Of a stretch of DNA of 64,000 nt, positions 9,345 through 19,309 are shown piece after piece. Each line of letters begins with the position of its first letter. Positions within the stretch are counted from its first letter, which is position 1. The notes beneath the pieces were generated by a model. It searched no databases. It saw only the letters and a program-made list of their open reading frames with translations, and had not been told where the DNA came from. The translations under genes and the position numbers were made by a program. The stretch spans positions 29,956-93,955 of the forward strand of contig CAZFLA010000001.1 in NCBI GenBank assembly GCA_964519405.1, read 5' to 3'. This DNA is from an uncultured bacterium (GTDB lineage: Bacteria > Armatimonadota > HRBIN16).

Positions 9345-10025
9345 TCACATCTTTATCCAGAAGTGATGTCCATTCGCACTGGCAGGGCATTTTCCACCCA
9401 CCGATGCGTCTGGAGAAGCACTCGTTTGCACCCAGTTAATGCCTTCACCGCAGTTGCTGCAGCGGTAGAAACCGGCATAGCCGTTTTGAGAATTCGGCGT
9501 GTTTTGTTTGCTCTGGGTTTGAAGTTGTTCTATAAGCAGCCGCTGTGTGGCGATGAGCTGACGTTGATCTTCCAACTGTTGTCGATACTGCGCCAATTGA
9601 CCTTCGTAAGTGTCTCGCATGGTCTGCATCTGCAGCTTCAGCGATGTATCGGTGTCCTCTTGATCGTCTACACTGTCGCGGGTGTTGAATGGGCGTTGTT
9701 CCGTTGGAATGGTGGGGTGTGCTTCTGTGTTTCTATTTTGCCAATCTGTATTGCCAGTGATGCGTGTGACACCTTGGTTCCTCGAAGCTGCATAGCTTTC
9801 ATCGGTAGGTGTGGTATTGGTTGTTTGGTAGCTGTTTGTGAAACTGCCATAAGCAGCAGCCGATTTTGCTTTTCTATTGTGAGCTGCCCACATGATGATG
9901 CACGCGACTAACAGAAACGCTACCGCCATGATAGCGATGAATATACGCATCTGGCGTAATCGGTTGGTGCTTTTATCTACCCTGTCATCCATTGAGATGA
10001 TTGGCCATGGGTCTTGATCGCTCAC
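9345..10025 (-). CDS. Single-pass membrane protein with a Q-rich coiled coil and a C-terminal Cys4 zinc-ribbon-like motif. GTG start with an AAAGGAAGG RBS.
   Basis: TM helix IFIAIMAVAFLLVACIIMWAA, QLEDQRQLIATQRLLIEQLQ coiled coil, CSNCGEG...GGKCP cysteines. The opposite-strand ORF 9318..9911 is Cys-rich junk and is rejected. Confidence 0.55.
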   Translation of the reverse strand: MSDQDPWPIISMDDRVDKSTNRLRQMRIFIAIMAVAFLLVACIIMWAAHNRKAKSAAAYGSFTNSYQTTNTTPTDESYAASRNQGVTRITGNTDWQNRNTEAHPTIPTEQRPFNTRDSVDDQEDTDTSLKLQMQTMRDTYEGQLAQYRQQLEDQRQLIATQRLLIEQLQTQSKQNTPNSQNGYAGFYRCSNCGEGINWVQTSASPDASVGGKCPASANGHHFWIKM

Positions 10026-10165
10026 AGTATGCCTTCCTTTGGAGCCTGTCGCTGCTGGTTAAACTAATCAGCTACATTATACTTAAGGTGGAATGCTCTC
10101 ACTATATTTGACCGTATACATAACGGTTAGGTTATTTTTGCGCCATACCAACCGAGAGGTAAGCC

Positions 10166-12793
10166 ATGTCTCAGTCGCCGAACATGAGTCAGTCAACACC
10201 TGATGTTGACAAGAAGCGATCATCTGCTTCGTTGTTAAACTACACACAATCTGAAGTCAAGGATGTCCGTGTTCTGTCAGACCAGTATCTCTGTTTGGTA
10301 TGGGACAGCACAGATGCCGTGCAAGCACGCCGCAAGGCTCAGTTCGGAACGCTGCAGGAATATACTGATGCCACATATTGGAAGCGCATCATGCTTCTGA
10401 AGTTCCAAACGCTAGCAGTGTGGAAGCAAATCCGACCCGCTATGTTACGCCAATTAGTGAGTAACAACCAGTGGCTTATCAATGGTCGGCATCCTGAAAC
10501 ATGCAGCATTTGGACACAGAGTGTTGATGCTTTCCCCGATCCTTTGCCGCAAGCATCACCACTGCCTTTACCGCGTCTTGTGGAGTATATCTACATCAAG
10601 CTGCCCGCTGGTATGCGTTCCGAACGCTTCTCTATCACCGCTCCAAATGGTCAGAAGCTGGAACTAGCTGCCGGCAGCCCATCATGCCGATGTTGGAGTA
10701 TCAAAGTCAATCAAGTTGGTTACCGGCCGGACACACCTAAGCATGCCTATTTCGGCATGTGGTTGGGTGAAGCGGGCGCCATGCCTGTGGATCACCTGAT
10801 CGGTAGACCATTCGAAGTGTTGAACGCACAAAACAAGCGCAAGGTATACCAAGGAGTGATAAAGCTACGAGCTCGTAACTCTGCAGCCATCCGCGACAAC
10901 CAACCACTGAACGGTGAGGATGTGTGCGAACTGGACTTTAGTGAGCTGAAGATGTCGGGTGAGTATGTGGTATATATTCGCGGAATCGGCTCAAGCTGGC
11001 CTTTTCGTATCGATAAATATGTATACGCTCAACCATTCTATACAACCATGCGTGGGCTTTATCATCAACGCTGCGGAACGGCGCTTGAGCGTAAGTGTAC
11101 GCAGTGGGCAAGAGCTGCATGCCATCAGCAGACATATCAGGCCGCTTTCATCCCAGAAGGCAATAAATACTATAACAACCCAAACGGGGTGGAAGCAGAT
11201 GACAATATCTATGGTTTTCTCGACGAACAAGGTAAGCCAATCAGCATTAACCCCTTCACCATGGTGTATAGCACCAAAACCGACCGCCTAATACCCGGAC
11301 TTAAGGGCGGATGGCACGACGCAGCCGATTTCGACCGCAGGTTTTGGCACTATGAAGCCGTATGGGATTTATGTGGGGCCTTTGAGATGTATCCTTCGAA
11401 ATTTACCGATGGGCAGCTTCAGATTCCGGAATCGGGAAATGGGATACCCGATATCCTCGACGAAGCGATGGTCGGTATAGACATCTGGGCAAAAACGCAG
11501 AATGCGCAAGGCGGTGTCGCGGGATGGATAGAGCAAACCTCCCATCCTGCGCCTACCGGCACTGCGGACAAGGATAATGAGCGGTTCTATTGCGGGATGC
11601 CCGATCGGGCCAGCAGCTGGGCGTTTGCGGCTGCGGCTGCCCAGATGAGCAGGCTGCTGAAACCATACGATCGAAATAAAGCAGAGGCTTATCTGAAAGC
11701 GGCTCGGAAAGCCTACGATTGGGCTCGTAATGATGCCAACCGGATCTCGAACTTCCAGTTCACGGTCCTGGACGGTGCCAGGCAGAGCAACTTGGCTGGC
11801 CGCAGAATCACTTTCCGCGAAACCCCGCAGCCCATCGATATGGGTGGGGTGTATCGGCCTATAGCGGCACTGCAGTTGGCCGTGGCAACCGGCGAAGCAG
11901 CGTATCTTCAGCAGTTCCGCGATTATGGCGGGGTGTCATCAATGCTTGAGGGGTTGCCCGACGCCATACCTCACCTTGCGTTTGTGACGCCATTATGCAG
12001 TGATCTGCTGACACCTTCCGAAAAACAACAGCTATTATCTGGTGTGCTTGCCGAAGCTGATGTGTTTGAACATGGCAGCGAGAGCTTGCCGTATCGCAAT
12101 GTATGGCGGCCGATTGACCACAAGTATTTCAATAATATGGGGTGGGGTATGGGCCATCCTGCTTATCGAGCACGGCTGCAGATACTAGCCTACCGAGTGA
12201 CTGGTCAGCAAAAGTATTTTGATGCGGCGATAAATGGAGCTAACTGGCAGCTTGGTGCCAACGAACTTGGCCGCAGTCTGGAGACAGGTGTCGGCAGCGT
12301 GTTTCCGGTGGTTATTCAGCATATCGACAGTCAATGCGACGGTATCGATGAGCCGGTTCCGGGTATATCACCGTTTACGCTGACATATGGAATGAGCGCC
12401 AGCTCGTGGTGGTATCAATACAGCCTCATGGAGAAGGCTCACCCGGATTCTACCGACTTTTACGATGACACACCAGTGGTGGTATTACCGCAGTTAAGCC
12501 GCTCTGTTGATGTGAACAAGCGGTTGAAGGAGCTGCCTCGCAAGGGCGAATGGATGTGGGATGCCGTGGCGATTGTTCGGCCGCATATTGAGCGGATGTA
12601 TCCCATCATGCGGCGAGTGTTTATACATCCCAGCTTGGAGCCTTCGCAGAACGAGTTCACCACGTGGGAGTGCATTGCCCCTCATGCCGCTTTGTATGGC
12701 TGCTTGCTGCCCGATGGATGGAAACCACAAGCGAATATGTCGGCAAGGGTTCCTATGAAGATGCAGCAGATGGTCTACTATCCGCAGCCTTAA
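10166..12793 (+). CDS. Glycoside hydrolase family 9-like endoglucanase with an N-terminal Ig-like domain
   Basis: GH9 signature region GGWHDAADFDRR (compare GGWYDAGDHVKF), (alpha/alpha)6-type length, N-terminal beta-sandwich region. 875 aa, no obvious signal peptide. Confidence 0.65.
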   Translation: MSQSPNMSQSTPDVDKKRSSASLLNYTQSEVKDVRVLSDQYLCLVWDSTDAVQARRKAQFGTLQEYTDATYWKRIMLLKFQTLAVWKQIRPAMLRQLVSNNQWLINGRHPETCSIWTQSVDAFPDPLPQASPLPLPRLVEYIYIKLPAGMRSERFSITAPNGQKLELAAGSPSCRCWSIKVNQVGYRPDTPKHAYFGMWLGEAGAMPVDHLIGRPFEVLNAQNKRKVYQGVIKLRARNSAAIRDNQPLNGEDVCELDFSELKMSGEYVVYIRGIGSSWPFRIDKYVYAQPFYTTMRGLYHQRCGTALERKCTQWARAACHQQTYQAAFIPEGNKYYNNPNGVEADDNIYGFLDEQGKPISINPFTMVYSTKTDRLIPGLKGGWHDAADFDRRFWHYEAVWDLCGAFEMYPSKFTDGQLQIPESGNGIPDILDEAMVGIDIWAKTQNAQGGVAGWIEQTSHPAPTGTADKDNERFYCGMPDRASSWAFAAAAAQMSRLLKPYDRNKAEAYLKAARKAYDWARNDANRISNFQFTVLDGARQSNLAGRRITFRETPQPIDMGGVYRPIAALQLAVATGEAAYLQQFRDYGGVSSMLEGLPDAIPHLAFVTPLCSDLLTPSEKQQLLSGVLAEADVFEHGSESLPYRNVWRPIDHKYFNNMGWGMGHPAYRARLQILAYRVTGQQKYFDAAINGANWQLGANELGRSLETGVGSVFPVVIQHIDSQCDGIDEPVPGISPFTLTYGMSASSWWYQYSLMEKAHPDSTDFYDDTPVVVLPQLSRSVDVNKRLKELPRKGEWMWDAVAIVRPHIERMYPIMRRVFIHPSLEPSQNEFTTWECIAPHAALYGCLLPDGWKPQANMSARVPMKMQQMVYYPQP

Positions 12794-13082
12794 GCTGATG
12801 CTATTTTGTAGCGATGGCGATTGTTTTGCTGATGTCTATTCTTTTGTTAAAATCGCTGTCAGCTTCAATCCGTAGGGTGCGATTTGGGGTATCGATATTG
12901 TGCCCGCATCCACGATCACATCGCGGAACCACATGATGCTCCGCCGGGAGCAGAATCGAGGCGTTTATGCGTAAAATTAGAGTATGCTATATATGTTAAG
13001 CTCCTATATGATCGTATCGTGGCGGTTTTAAGTGTCGCAACTTTCGCAACTATTTCAAAGCATTACACATTCACTATCCAAC

Positions 13083-13961
13083 ATGAACTTGGTGGCTACA
13101 GTTGTCACAGTAATTGACATACTGTTAGTCACATATCTGCTGTACCGCCTGATTTTATTGGCGAAGGGAACGCGTGCCTGGCAGATTTTCTACGGGTTAT
13201 TTCTGTTCCTTTTCATGGTGTATGCGAGTGGCAAACTTGGGTTGACCACATTCAACTGGGTGCTGAGGCAGGTACTGCCTTTAGGACCTGTGGCTTTGGT
13301 CATCTTGTTCTACCCAGAACTGCGGCATTTTCTAGAGGTTATCGGCCGTCTCGGTATATGGGGGCAGCAAGCAATCAGCCCCATCAATAAGGAACACCTG
13401 CATCCTGTCGTCAATGAAATTGTCTCAGCGGCAACAACGATGGCAAAAGAACGAACAGGTGCGTTGATCATTTTTGAACCATATGCAGAGCTGGATCACT
13501 ACCTCAGTGCAGGCACTCCGCTTGATGCTAAAGTCACCGCGAAGTTGTTGACAGCATTGTTCTATACAGGCAACCCGCTGCATGACGGTGCTGTTGTTGT
13601 TGTTAATGACCGCATCGTGTGTGCGGGCGCTACCGTGCCGTTTTCCGAAAACCAGCATATTGACGAGGCCGTGCACATGCGGCACAAAGCTGCAATCGGA
13701 GCATCGGAACGGGGAGCTGTCGCGCTCGTTGTGTCAGAGGAAAGCGGCATCATATCCTTAGCGTTTGAAGGCAAGCTGCAGCGCGGTTTCCGTGAAGACG
13801 GTCTGCGTAAGCGCCTGATTGAGCTGTTAAGCCCATCACAGAGTTCGGGTATACACGATAACCTAGGCGGCAGCGCGATCCGCCAAGGCATTGTGTCGCT
13901 TGTTACCTTCATATCGCGACGACAAAAAAGCCGGAAGGTTAAGAAGGAGGATGCGAAATGA
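13083..13961 (+). CDS. cdaA: Diadenylate cyclase CdaA (c-di-AMP synthase). An alternative GTG start at 13032 is possible.
   Basis: Three N-terminal TM helices, then a DAC domain with the motifs GALIIFE, GNPLHDGAVVV, HMRHKAAIGASE, LVVSEESG. Confidence 0.85.
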   Translation: MNLVATVVTVIDILLVTYLLYRLILLAKGTRAWQIFYGLFLFLFMVYASGKLGLTTFNWVLRQVLPLGPVALVILFYPELRHFLEVIGRLGIWGQQAISPINKEHLHPVVNEIVSAATTMAKERTGALIIFEPYAELDHYLSAGTPLDAKVTAKLLTALFYTGNPLHDGAVVVVNDRIVCAGATVPFSENQHIDEAVHMRHKAAIGASERGAVALVVSEESGIISLAFEGKLQRGFREDGLRKRLIELLSPSQSSGIHDNLGGSAIRQGIVSLVTFISRRQKSRKVKKEDAK

Positions 13962-14896
13962 TCTCCTCTTTTAAGCAGAACCTACCGGAAAAAATCATGG
14001 CGTTTGTCTGTGCACTGTTGATTTACTTCTATGTCGTGGCAGACAAGAACCCGGTGATGACGCAGAGCTATGTTGTGCCGGTGTCTGTAAATAACTTGCC
14101 TGATGATTACAACTGTGAGCTGCAGCCTACCGAGGTGTCCGTTAGGGTGAGTGGGCCCAAGAACCTGCTTAACAAGATATCGGTTAGCAGCTTGCGGGCC
14201 TCGATATCTGGCGATACGTTGCGTGAAGGCGAAGTAGCCGCGCCGGTGCATCTGAATATCCCGCAAAGCATTACACAGCAGCTGGATCTAGTGATTCAGC
14301 CAGAGACAGTTAAAGCGCTTGTTACACGCATTGGTAAGCGTCAGATGCCTGTGGAGTGTCTGTTTGTGAACACACCCGAAAGCGGCTATGTCTACTCCAA
14401 ACCTGTGCTCAATCCTGATCAGGTAGTGGTATCCGGCCCTTCGGATCTGCTGAAGAAGGCGAAACGGCTTGTTGTGAGTGCTGTGCCCAATCGCCCAGGA
14501 GCGGCGCTTGATGAGGAGCTTCCCGTGATGGTTGTTGACGCCAAAAACCGCCCGATCAATGGCTTAACGATGAGACCTAATATGGTCAGGGTAATCATAG
14601 CATTATCGCCGCGACAGCTATCGGTATCTGCCCGTGTGTATCCGCAGTTGATGGGGCAGCCAGCAGATGGCTATGAGGTGGCTCGAATCATCGCAGAACC
14701 TGCTGAGGTGCTTGTTAATAATGGCAGCGAAAGCGATACGGGCAATGTTATCTACACGGAGCCGATTAGTGTTGAGGGACTGAACCAGTCGTTTACCACC
14801 AACGTAAAACTGAAGGTTGCCCCGGGAACGAGTTTGGTGGGCAGCGATGAAGTCCGTGTAGAAATTCAAATACATCCTAAAACTGCACACGAGTAA
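13958..14896 (+). CDS. cdaR: CdaA regulatory protein CdaR (YbbR-like domains)
   Basis: N-terminal TM anchor and repeated YbbR-like beta domains. ATGA overlap with the cdaA stop. Confidence 0.75.
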   Translation: MISSFKQNLPEKIMAFVCALLIYFYVVADKNPVMTQSYVVPVSVNNLPDDYNCELQPTEVSVRVSGPKNLLNKISVSSLRASISGDTLREGEVAAPVHLNIPQSITQQLDLVIQPETVKALVTRIGKRQMPVECLFVNTPESGYVYSKPVLNPDQVVVSGPSDLLKKAKRLVVSAVPNRPGAALDEELPVMVVDAKNRPINGLTMRPNMVRVIIALSPRQLSVSARVYPQLMGQPADGYEVARIIAEPAEVLVNNGSESDTGNVIYTEPISVEGLNQSFTTNVKLKVAPGTSLVGSDEVRVEIQIHPKTAHE

Positions 14897-15963
14897 TGAA
14901 GATACTGCATGTTTGCCGTCCTGCTGTGGGCGGTATCCAACGCTGGCTAGCGGAGATGCTGCCGCGCCTGCGGTCTGCAGGATTTGAAGTTGCACTTGCA
15001 TCGCCGCGGTCGGTTCATGAAGCGATCCCAGACATCAAATGGCATGAATGGGATATCCCAGACCGTCCTTCACCTGGCGACCTGCTGCTTGCGATGCGCT
15101 TAAACATGCTCAGCCGAAACTACGATGTCGTGCACATCCATGGCCTGCGGAGTTTTGGCGCAGCGAGTATGATGCCGCCTCAGCGGTCAGTTTTGATGCT
15201 TCATAACATGCCGCCGGCCAAACTTGGCGGTATCAAAACCCGCTTGTTTGGTCATGGACTGATGCATTGCCGACGGATAATCGGCGTCTCTCAGGCTGTG
15301 GTAGACGCATGGCTGGATTTTTACCCTCACTGCGCTGAGATTGCTTGCGTGCTGCCGGGCGGTGTCCCGAAACAGTCTGCAGCTAATGAACAGCATGTTA
15401 GTGAACTCAAGAATCGCTTTCGTATAGACAGCAACGAGCCATTACTGTTGTGCGTTGCGCGCTTAATGCCCGACAAAGGGGTGGATCTGCTGGTGCAGGC
15501 CATCGCACAGATACCAGCCATTCGTGCGGTGATTGTTGGCGATGGTCCTGACATGGCTATGCTGAAGGAGATGGCGGAGCATCTGGCTCCAGGCCGCATC
15601 TTCTTTGAGGGATATCAAGCAGATATATCGAGTTACCTTGCCGCGGCTGATTTCGCGTGTCTGCCAAGCCGGCGGGAGGGGCAGGGACTGTTTCCGCTTG
15701 AGGCAATGAGCGCTCATCTGCCCATCGTCGTGAGCGATTCGGGCGGCTTGCCCGAGTGTGTCACCGATGGGCTGACCGGCTGGACATTCCATGCTGGTGA
15801 AGTTGATAACTTGATCAGGGTTCTTCTTAAGGCGCTGCGGCATCGCGAGGAGTGGTCCGCTATTGGCAGAATCGCTGCCGCTGAGGTCTCCGAAAGATAT
15901 GACTGGGGCACGCTCTGCGATAAGCTATCGCATATATACCGAGAAATTGGAGATCGAAAATGA
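14896..15963 (+). CDS. GT4-family glycosyltransferase
   Basis: GT-B fold. C-terminal EGQGLFPLEAMSAHLPIVVSDSGGLPE motif (E-x7-E class). TAATG overlap with the cdaR stop. Confidence 0.8.
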   Translation: MKILHVCRPAVGGIQRWLAEMLPRLRSAGFEVALASPRSVHEAIPDIKWHEWDIPDRPSPGDLLLAMRLNMLSRNYDVVHIHGLRSFGAASMMPPQRSVLMLHNMPPAKLGGIKTRLFGHGLMHCRRIIGVSQAVVDAWLDFYPHCAEIACVLPGGVPKQSAANEQHVSELKNRFRIDSNEPLLLCVARLMPDKGVDLLVQAIAQIPAIRAVIVGDGPDMAMLKEMAEHLAPGRIFFEGYQADISSYLAAADFACLPSRREGQGLFPLEAMSAHLPIVVSDSGGLPECVTDGLTGWTFHAGEVDNLIRVLLKALRHREEWSAIGRIAAAEVSERYDWGTLCDKLSHIYREIGDRK

Positions 15964-16412
15964 TAATCGACACGATAGATAACATCACTATTCTGCGCAG
16001 CTTAAGTGCGAGATTTGACCAGGCTGTGGACTGGATTTTAAACACCGATTATGCAGCCTTGGAGCCTGGACGCCACGAGATAGACGGTCAAAACCTATAT
16101 GTGAATGTGCAGCAGAATGCTACTATCTGTGATGGCGGCAGATGGGAAGCGCATCGCAAGTATGCCGACATACAAATTGTGGTTTCAGGCTGCGAGTGCA
16201 TGGGTTATACTGCTGTTCGCGGCTTGGTGACGAATCAACCATACGACGGCACAAAGGATATCGAATTCTTTGCGGGTGATGCTGCAAATCTGTGCTTAGT
16301 CAATTCGGGCATGTTCGCAGTCTTCTTTCCGCAGGATGCGCATATGCCCAACATCGCAGTGAACAACCAGTCGGAAGTCGATAAGAAACTCATCGTCAAA
16401 GTGCTTCTATAG
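15960..16412 (+). CDS. YhcH/YjgK/YiaL (DUF386) family protein
   Basis: 150 aa; conserved H..Y.DIQ and G.E. pattern of the family. ATGA overlap with the upstream GT4 gene. Confidence 0.55.
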   Translation: MIIDTIDNITILRSLSARFDQAVDWILNTDYAALEPGRHEIDGQNLYVNVQQNATICDGGRWEAHRKYADIQIVVSGCECMGYTAVRGLVTNQPYDGTKDIEFFAGDAANLCLVNSGMFAVFFPQDAHMPNIAVNNQSEVDKKLIVKVLL

Positions 16413-16428
16413 AAAAATCGACATATAC

Positions 16429-16472
16429 GAAAAAGCCCTCAGTTTGGAGTTGCTCCAAACTGAGGGCTTTTT
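16429..16472. terminator. Bidirectional rho-independent terminator between convergent genes
   Basis: Perfect 15-bp stem GCCCTCAGTTTGGAG / CTCCAAACTGAGGGC with an A-run upstream and TTTTT downstream. Confidence 0.75.
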
Positions 16473-16489
16473 ACTAAAGTCGGACTTGA

Positions 16490-16990
16490 CTACATGCGGG
16501 CCAGCAGCCAACGCTTGCTGAGCTCATCGAGTTCTTTGGTACATCGAATGTCATACCGAGTGCCCTCAATGTCCATGATGGTGACATACCCAGGGCGCGG
16601 TTGTTTGACGCTGTCGTTGAAGTGCCGCACCCGGAACACCACCGGGCCTCTGTCTGTTTCCACATGCCACTCAGTGATATCGACGCGCTCACGCTTTGCC
16701 ATATCCACAATGCTGTGTATGGCAGATATCTGCGGTGTGACATACTGGGCATGCATTGCCTTCTTAAGCGCCGCCAACGGTTCGGGCTTCAGCCCTTCCA
16801 TGCTCTCAAGGAAAGCTACTTCCTTCTGCTCATGGTTGAGCAGCGAGATGAAGTGCTCAGGATCAGTCAATGGAAAAGATGAAGCCGGGCTGACTGGTAT
16901 CCATTCCTCTGAATCCTGTGGCAGGAACATCAGACGGTTGTTTTCATATTTAAGCTGCACATCGGCAGGCTTTACAGCAGGATCTAACAT
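16490..16990 (-). CDS. Small conserved hypothetical protein co-transcribed downstream of the ABC exporter (possibly DUF1854-like)
   Basis: 166 aa, no TM. Sits 51 bp downstream of the ABC gene on the same strand. The family assignment comes from memory and is unverified. Confidence 0.45.
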   Translation of the reverse strand: MLDPAVKPADVQLKYENNRLMFLPQDSEEWIPVSPASSFPLTDPEHFISLLNHEQKEVAFLESMEGLKPEPLAALKKAMHAQYVTPQISAIHSIVDMAKRERVDITEWHVETDRGPVVFRVRHFNDSVKQPRPGYVTIMDIEGTRYDIRCTKELDELSKRWLLARM

Positions 16991-17041
16991 ATATTCACAG
17001 CCTTTCTTGCCAGATACATTGGTTTGTTGGCAATGAGCTCA

Positions 17042-19309
17042 CTACCTAGCTACTCCGCGCACGCGTGATATCTCTTGATACATCTTGACCAGTTTCGCGA
17101 ATTCGCCATCTTCTTTATCTTGCAGTTCCGTATGACTGCCAACCTCAGCCACCTCGCCCTGTTTCAACACGATCAGCCTGTCGGCATTCTTCAAAGTGCT
17201 CAGCCGGTGTGCAATAGCGAAGGTGGTTCGCCCCTTGACTAACCGGTCGATGGCTTCTTGTATCTGCTTTTCTGTTTCGATATCGACTTGGCTAGTGGCT
17301 TCATCGAGGATGAGTATCTTTGGGTTGTGCAGAACAGCTCGTGCGATTGCGATCCGCTGTTTTTCACCACCCGAAAGGCCTTGTCCGCCTTCACCAAGCA
17401 GCGTTTCGTAGCCGTCTGGACGGCGGATGATAAACTCATGCGCATTCGCTACGCGTGCGGCACTCACGATCTCTTCGCGGGTGGCATCGGGTTTTGCATA
17501 TGCGATGTTATCCGCGATGGTGCCTGCAAATAGGAAAGTGTCTTGCGGCACCAAGCCGATCTGCTTGCGTATCTCTTCAAGCTTCAGGTCTTTGATGTCT
17601 ACACCGTCAATGGTGATAGAGCCTTCGATGCAGTCGTAGAACCGGCAGAGCAGGTTAATTACCGTGCTCTTACCTGCGCCTGAGTGACCAACTAGCCCAA
17701 TCATCTCGCCGGGCTCCACCTTGAAGCTGACGTCCTTCAACACGTTTCGGTGCGGTTCGTATCCGAATGTGACGCCATGGAACTCTACTGTGCCCACGAT
17801 GTTCGGCAGTGCTTGTGCTTTGTCTGACTCTTTGACCTCTGGCTCCGTATCAAGAACCTCAAAGATGCGTTCGGCAGCGGTCATAGCGCGGCTGCTCCAG
17901 TTAAGCAGTGAGCTTAATGAACCGACTGGCTGGTAGAACATACCGACGAATGTAATGAACGCCATTAAAGTTCCTAAACTCATCTTCTCATCAAGAACTT
18001 CGCGCCCGCCGAAATACCAAACCAGCATAGTGCCCAGCATCATTAGCAGCGATATACCGCTGAACAGGAACGCCCAACTTCGGTCAACTGTCACAGCGCT
18101 TGTGGCGACATCAATGCTGGCTTTATCGAACCGCTCTATGGCTCGCTTTTCCTGAGCGAAGGCTTTGACGACACGCAACCCGTTGAGCCCTTCGGTCAAC
18201 ACGTTGTTGAGGGTGCTCCATCGCCGCCACATCCGGCGGAAGTTAATGCGCATCCGCATCCAGATAGCCTGTGCGAGTGCCGTCACGATAGGGGTAGGCA
18301 ACACCACGATGAGTGCGAGCTTCCAGCTCATGGCAAAGAGCATGGCGCCAATACCCACTACTTGCAGCAAGTTGATGACTAGGTCTTGCGCACCCCATAT
18401 CAAAAACTGCTGCAGGTTGTTTGTGTCTTGGTTGACACGAGATATGACCGAGCCGATCTGGCGCTTATCGAAAAATCCCAGCGAAAGATACTGCAGATGC
18501 TTATATAGTTTTGTGCGGATGTCGTGAGTGATGCGGTTGCCAACCCAGGCGCTGAGCCAGCTCTGGAATGCACTCACGAGTGCACCTACCACCCTTACCG
18601 CGATTAATGCCAGTGTTAACCACAACAACATCTTTAGGCGATCAGCTTTACTGATGTCTATCTTAGGGGCTAACGCGCTGTCCATTAACGGCTTTTGAAG
18701 GTATGGCGGAATTAGCCCGATGATTGTACCCAACATCGCCATGCCCGTCAGCCCCAATGCCTGCCACTTGATGGGCTTCATGAACGACACAAGCCTGTTG
18801 ATGGTCTGGAATCCTGGTCGGCACAACTGGCACACGGAAGTGCCTCGCTCTAGCAGCAGTCCGCACTTCGGGCAGTATTTACGGTCGTCTTCGGGAACTA
18901 AAGCCTCTTCACCCTTATGCCACTTCTCCAACAGGCCGGCAACTGAGGCGAATCGACCTATCTCGCGAGAAGTGTATCGAACCAGCTCAATGACGCAGTC
19001 ATCGCGTTTAGCTGTAAGGCGGCCTCCGCCAACCAGGCTTTCCGTTTTGAACTCCGAGAGCTCAGCGAAGGGGATGTCAAGCCGTAATACCGATCGACTA
19101 AGCTCTCGCGAATACACTAAGAGTTGTTCATCGGTAACGATCAGAAGTTCCTCGCCTAATTCACCGGTGGACAACATGTCCGCGACGATGACGAGACGTG
19201 GTTCACTTGACAGCGAGATATCATCGGGAAGTGGAGGTGTTACCAAAATCCATACCTCTTCTCTGAATATAATATGCGTGTATGTTATTCTACACGAGTT
19301 GGTAGGCAA
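17042..19309 (-). CDS. Fused ABC exporter (TMD plus NBD, MsbA-like type I) with an extra N-terminal bPH-like domain and a CxxC...CxxC zinc ribbon. The true start is probably about 20 codons downstream of the ORF start.
   Basis: Walker A GHSGAGKST, signature LSGGEKQRIAIARA, Walker B ILILDEATS. Six TM helices. N-terminal about 170 aa contain YCPKCG...CQLCRPG. Confidence 0.85.
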   Translation of the reverse strand: MPTNSCRITYTHIIFREEVWILVTPPLPDDISLSSEPRLVIVADMLSTGELGEELLIVTDEQLLVYSRELSRSVLRLDIPFAELSEFKTESLVGGGRLTAKRDDCVIELVRYTSREIGRFASVAGLLEKWHKGEEALVPEDDRKYCPKCGLLLERGTSVCQLCRPGFQTINRLVSFMKPIKWQALGLTGMAMLGTIIGLIPPYLQKPLMDSALAPKIDISKADRLKMLLWLTLALIAVRVVGALVSAFQSWLSAWVGNRITHDIRTKLYKHLQYLSLGFFDKRQIGSVISRVNQDTNNLQQFLIWGAQDLVINLLQVVGIGAMLFAMSWKLALIVVLPTPIVTALAQAIWMRMRINFRRMWRRWSTLNNVLTEGLNGLRVVKAFAQEKRAIERFDKASIDVATSAVTVDRSWAFLFSGISLLMMLGTMLVWYFGGREVLDEKMSLGTLMAFITFVGMFYQPVGSLSSLLNWSSRAMTAAERIFEVLDTEPEVKESDKAQALPNIVGTVEFHGVTFGYEPHRNVLKDVSFKVEPGEMIGLVGHSGAGKSTVINLLCRFYDCIEGSITIDGVDIKDLKLEEIRKQIGLVPQDTFLFAGTIADNIAYAKPDATREEIVSAARVANAHEFIIRRPDGYETLLGEGGQGLSGGEKQRIAIARAVLHNPKILILDEATSQVDIETEKQIQEAIDRLVKGRTTFAIAHRLSTLKNADRLIVLKQGEVAEVGSHTELQDKEDGEFAKLVKMYQEISRVRGVAR

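Noticed and set aside
9318-9911. 197-aa plus-strand Cys-rich ORF
   Set aside because: It overlaps the minus-strand membrane-protein gene 9345..10025, which has a GTG start with a strong RBS, a TM helix and a coiled coil. The plus ORF has junk-like composition.
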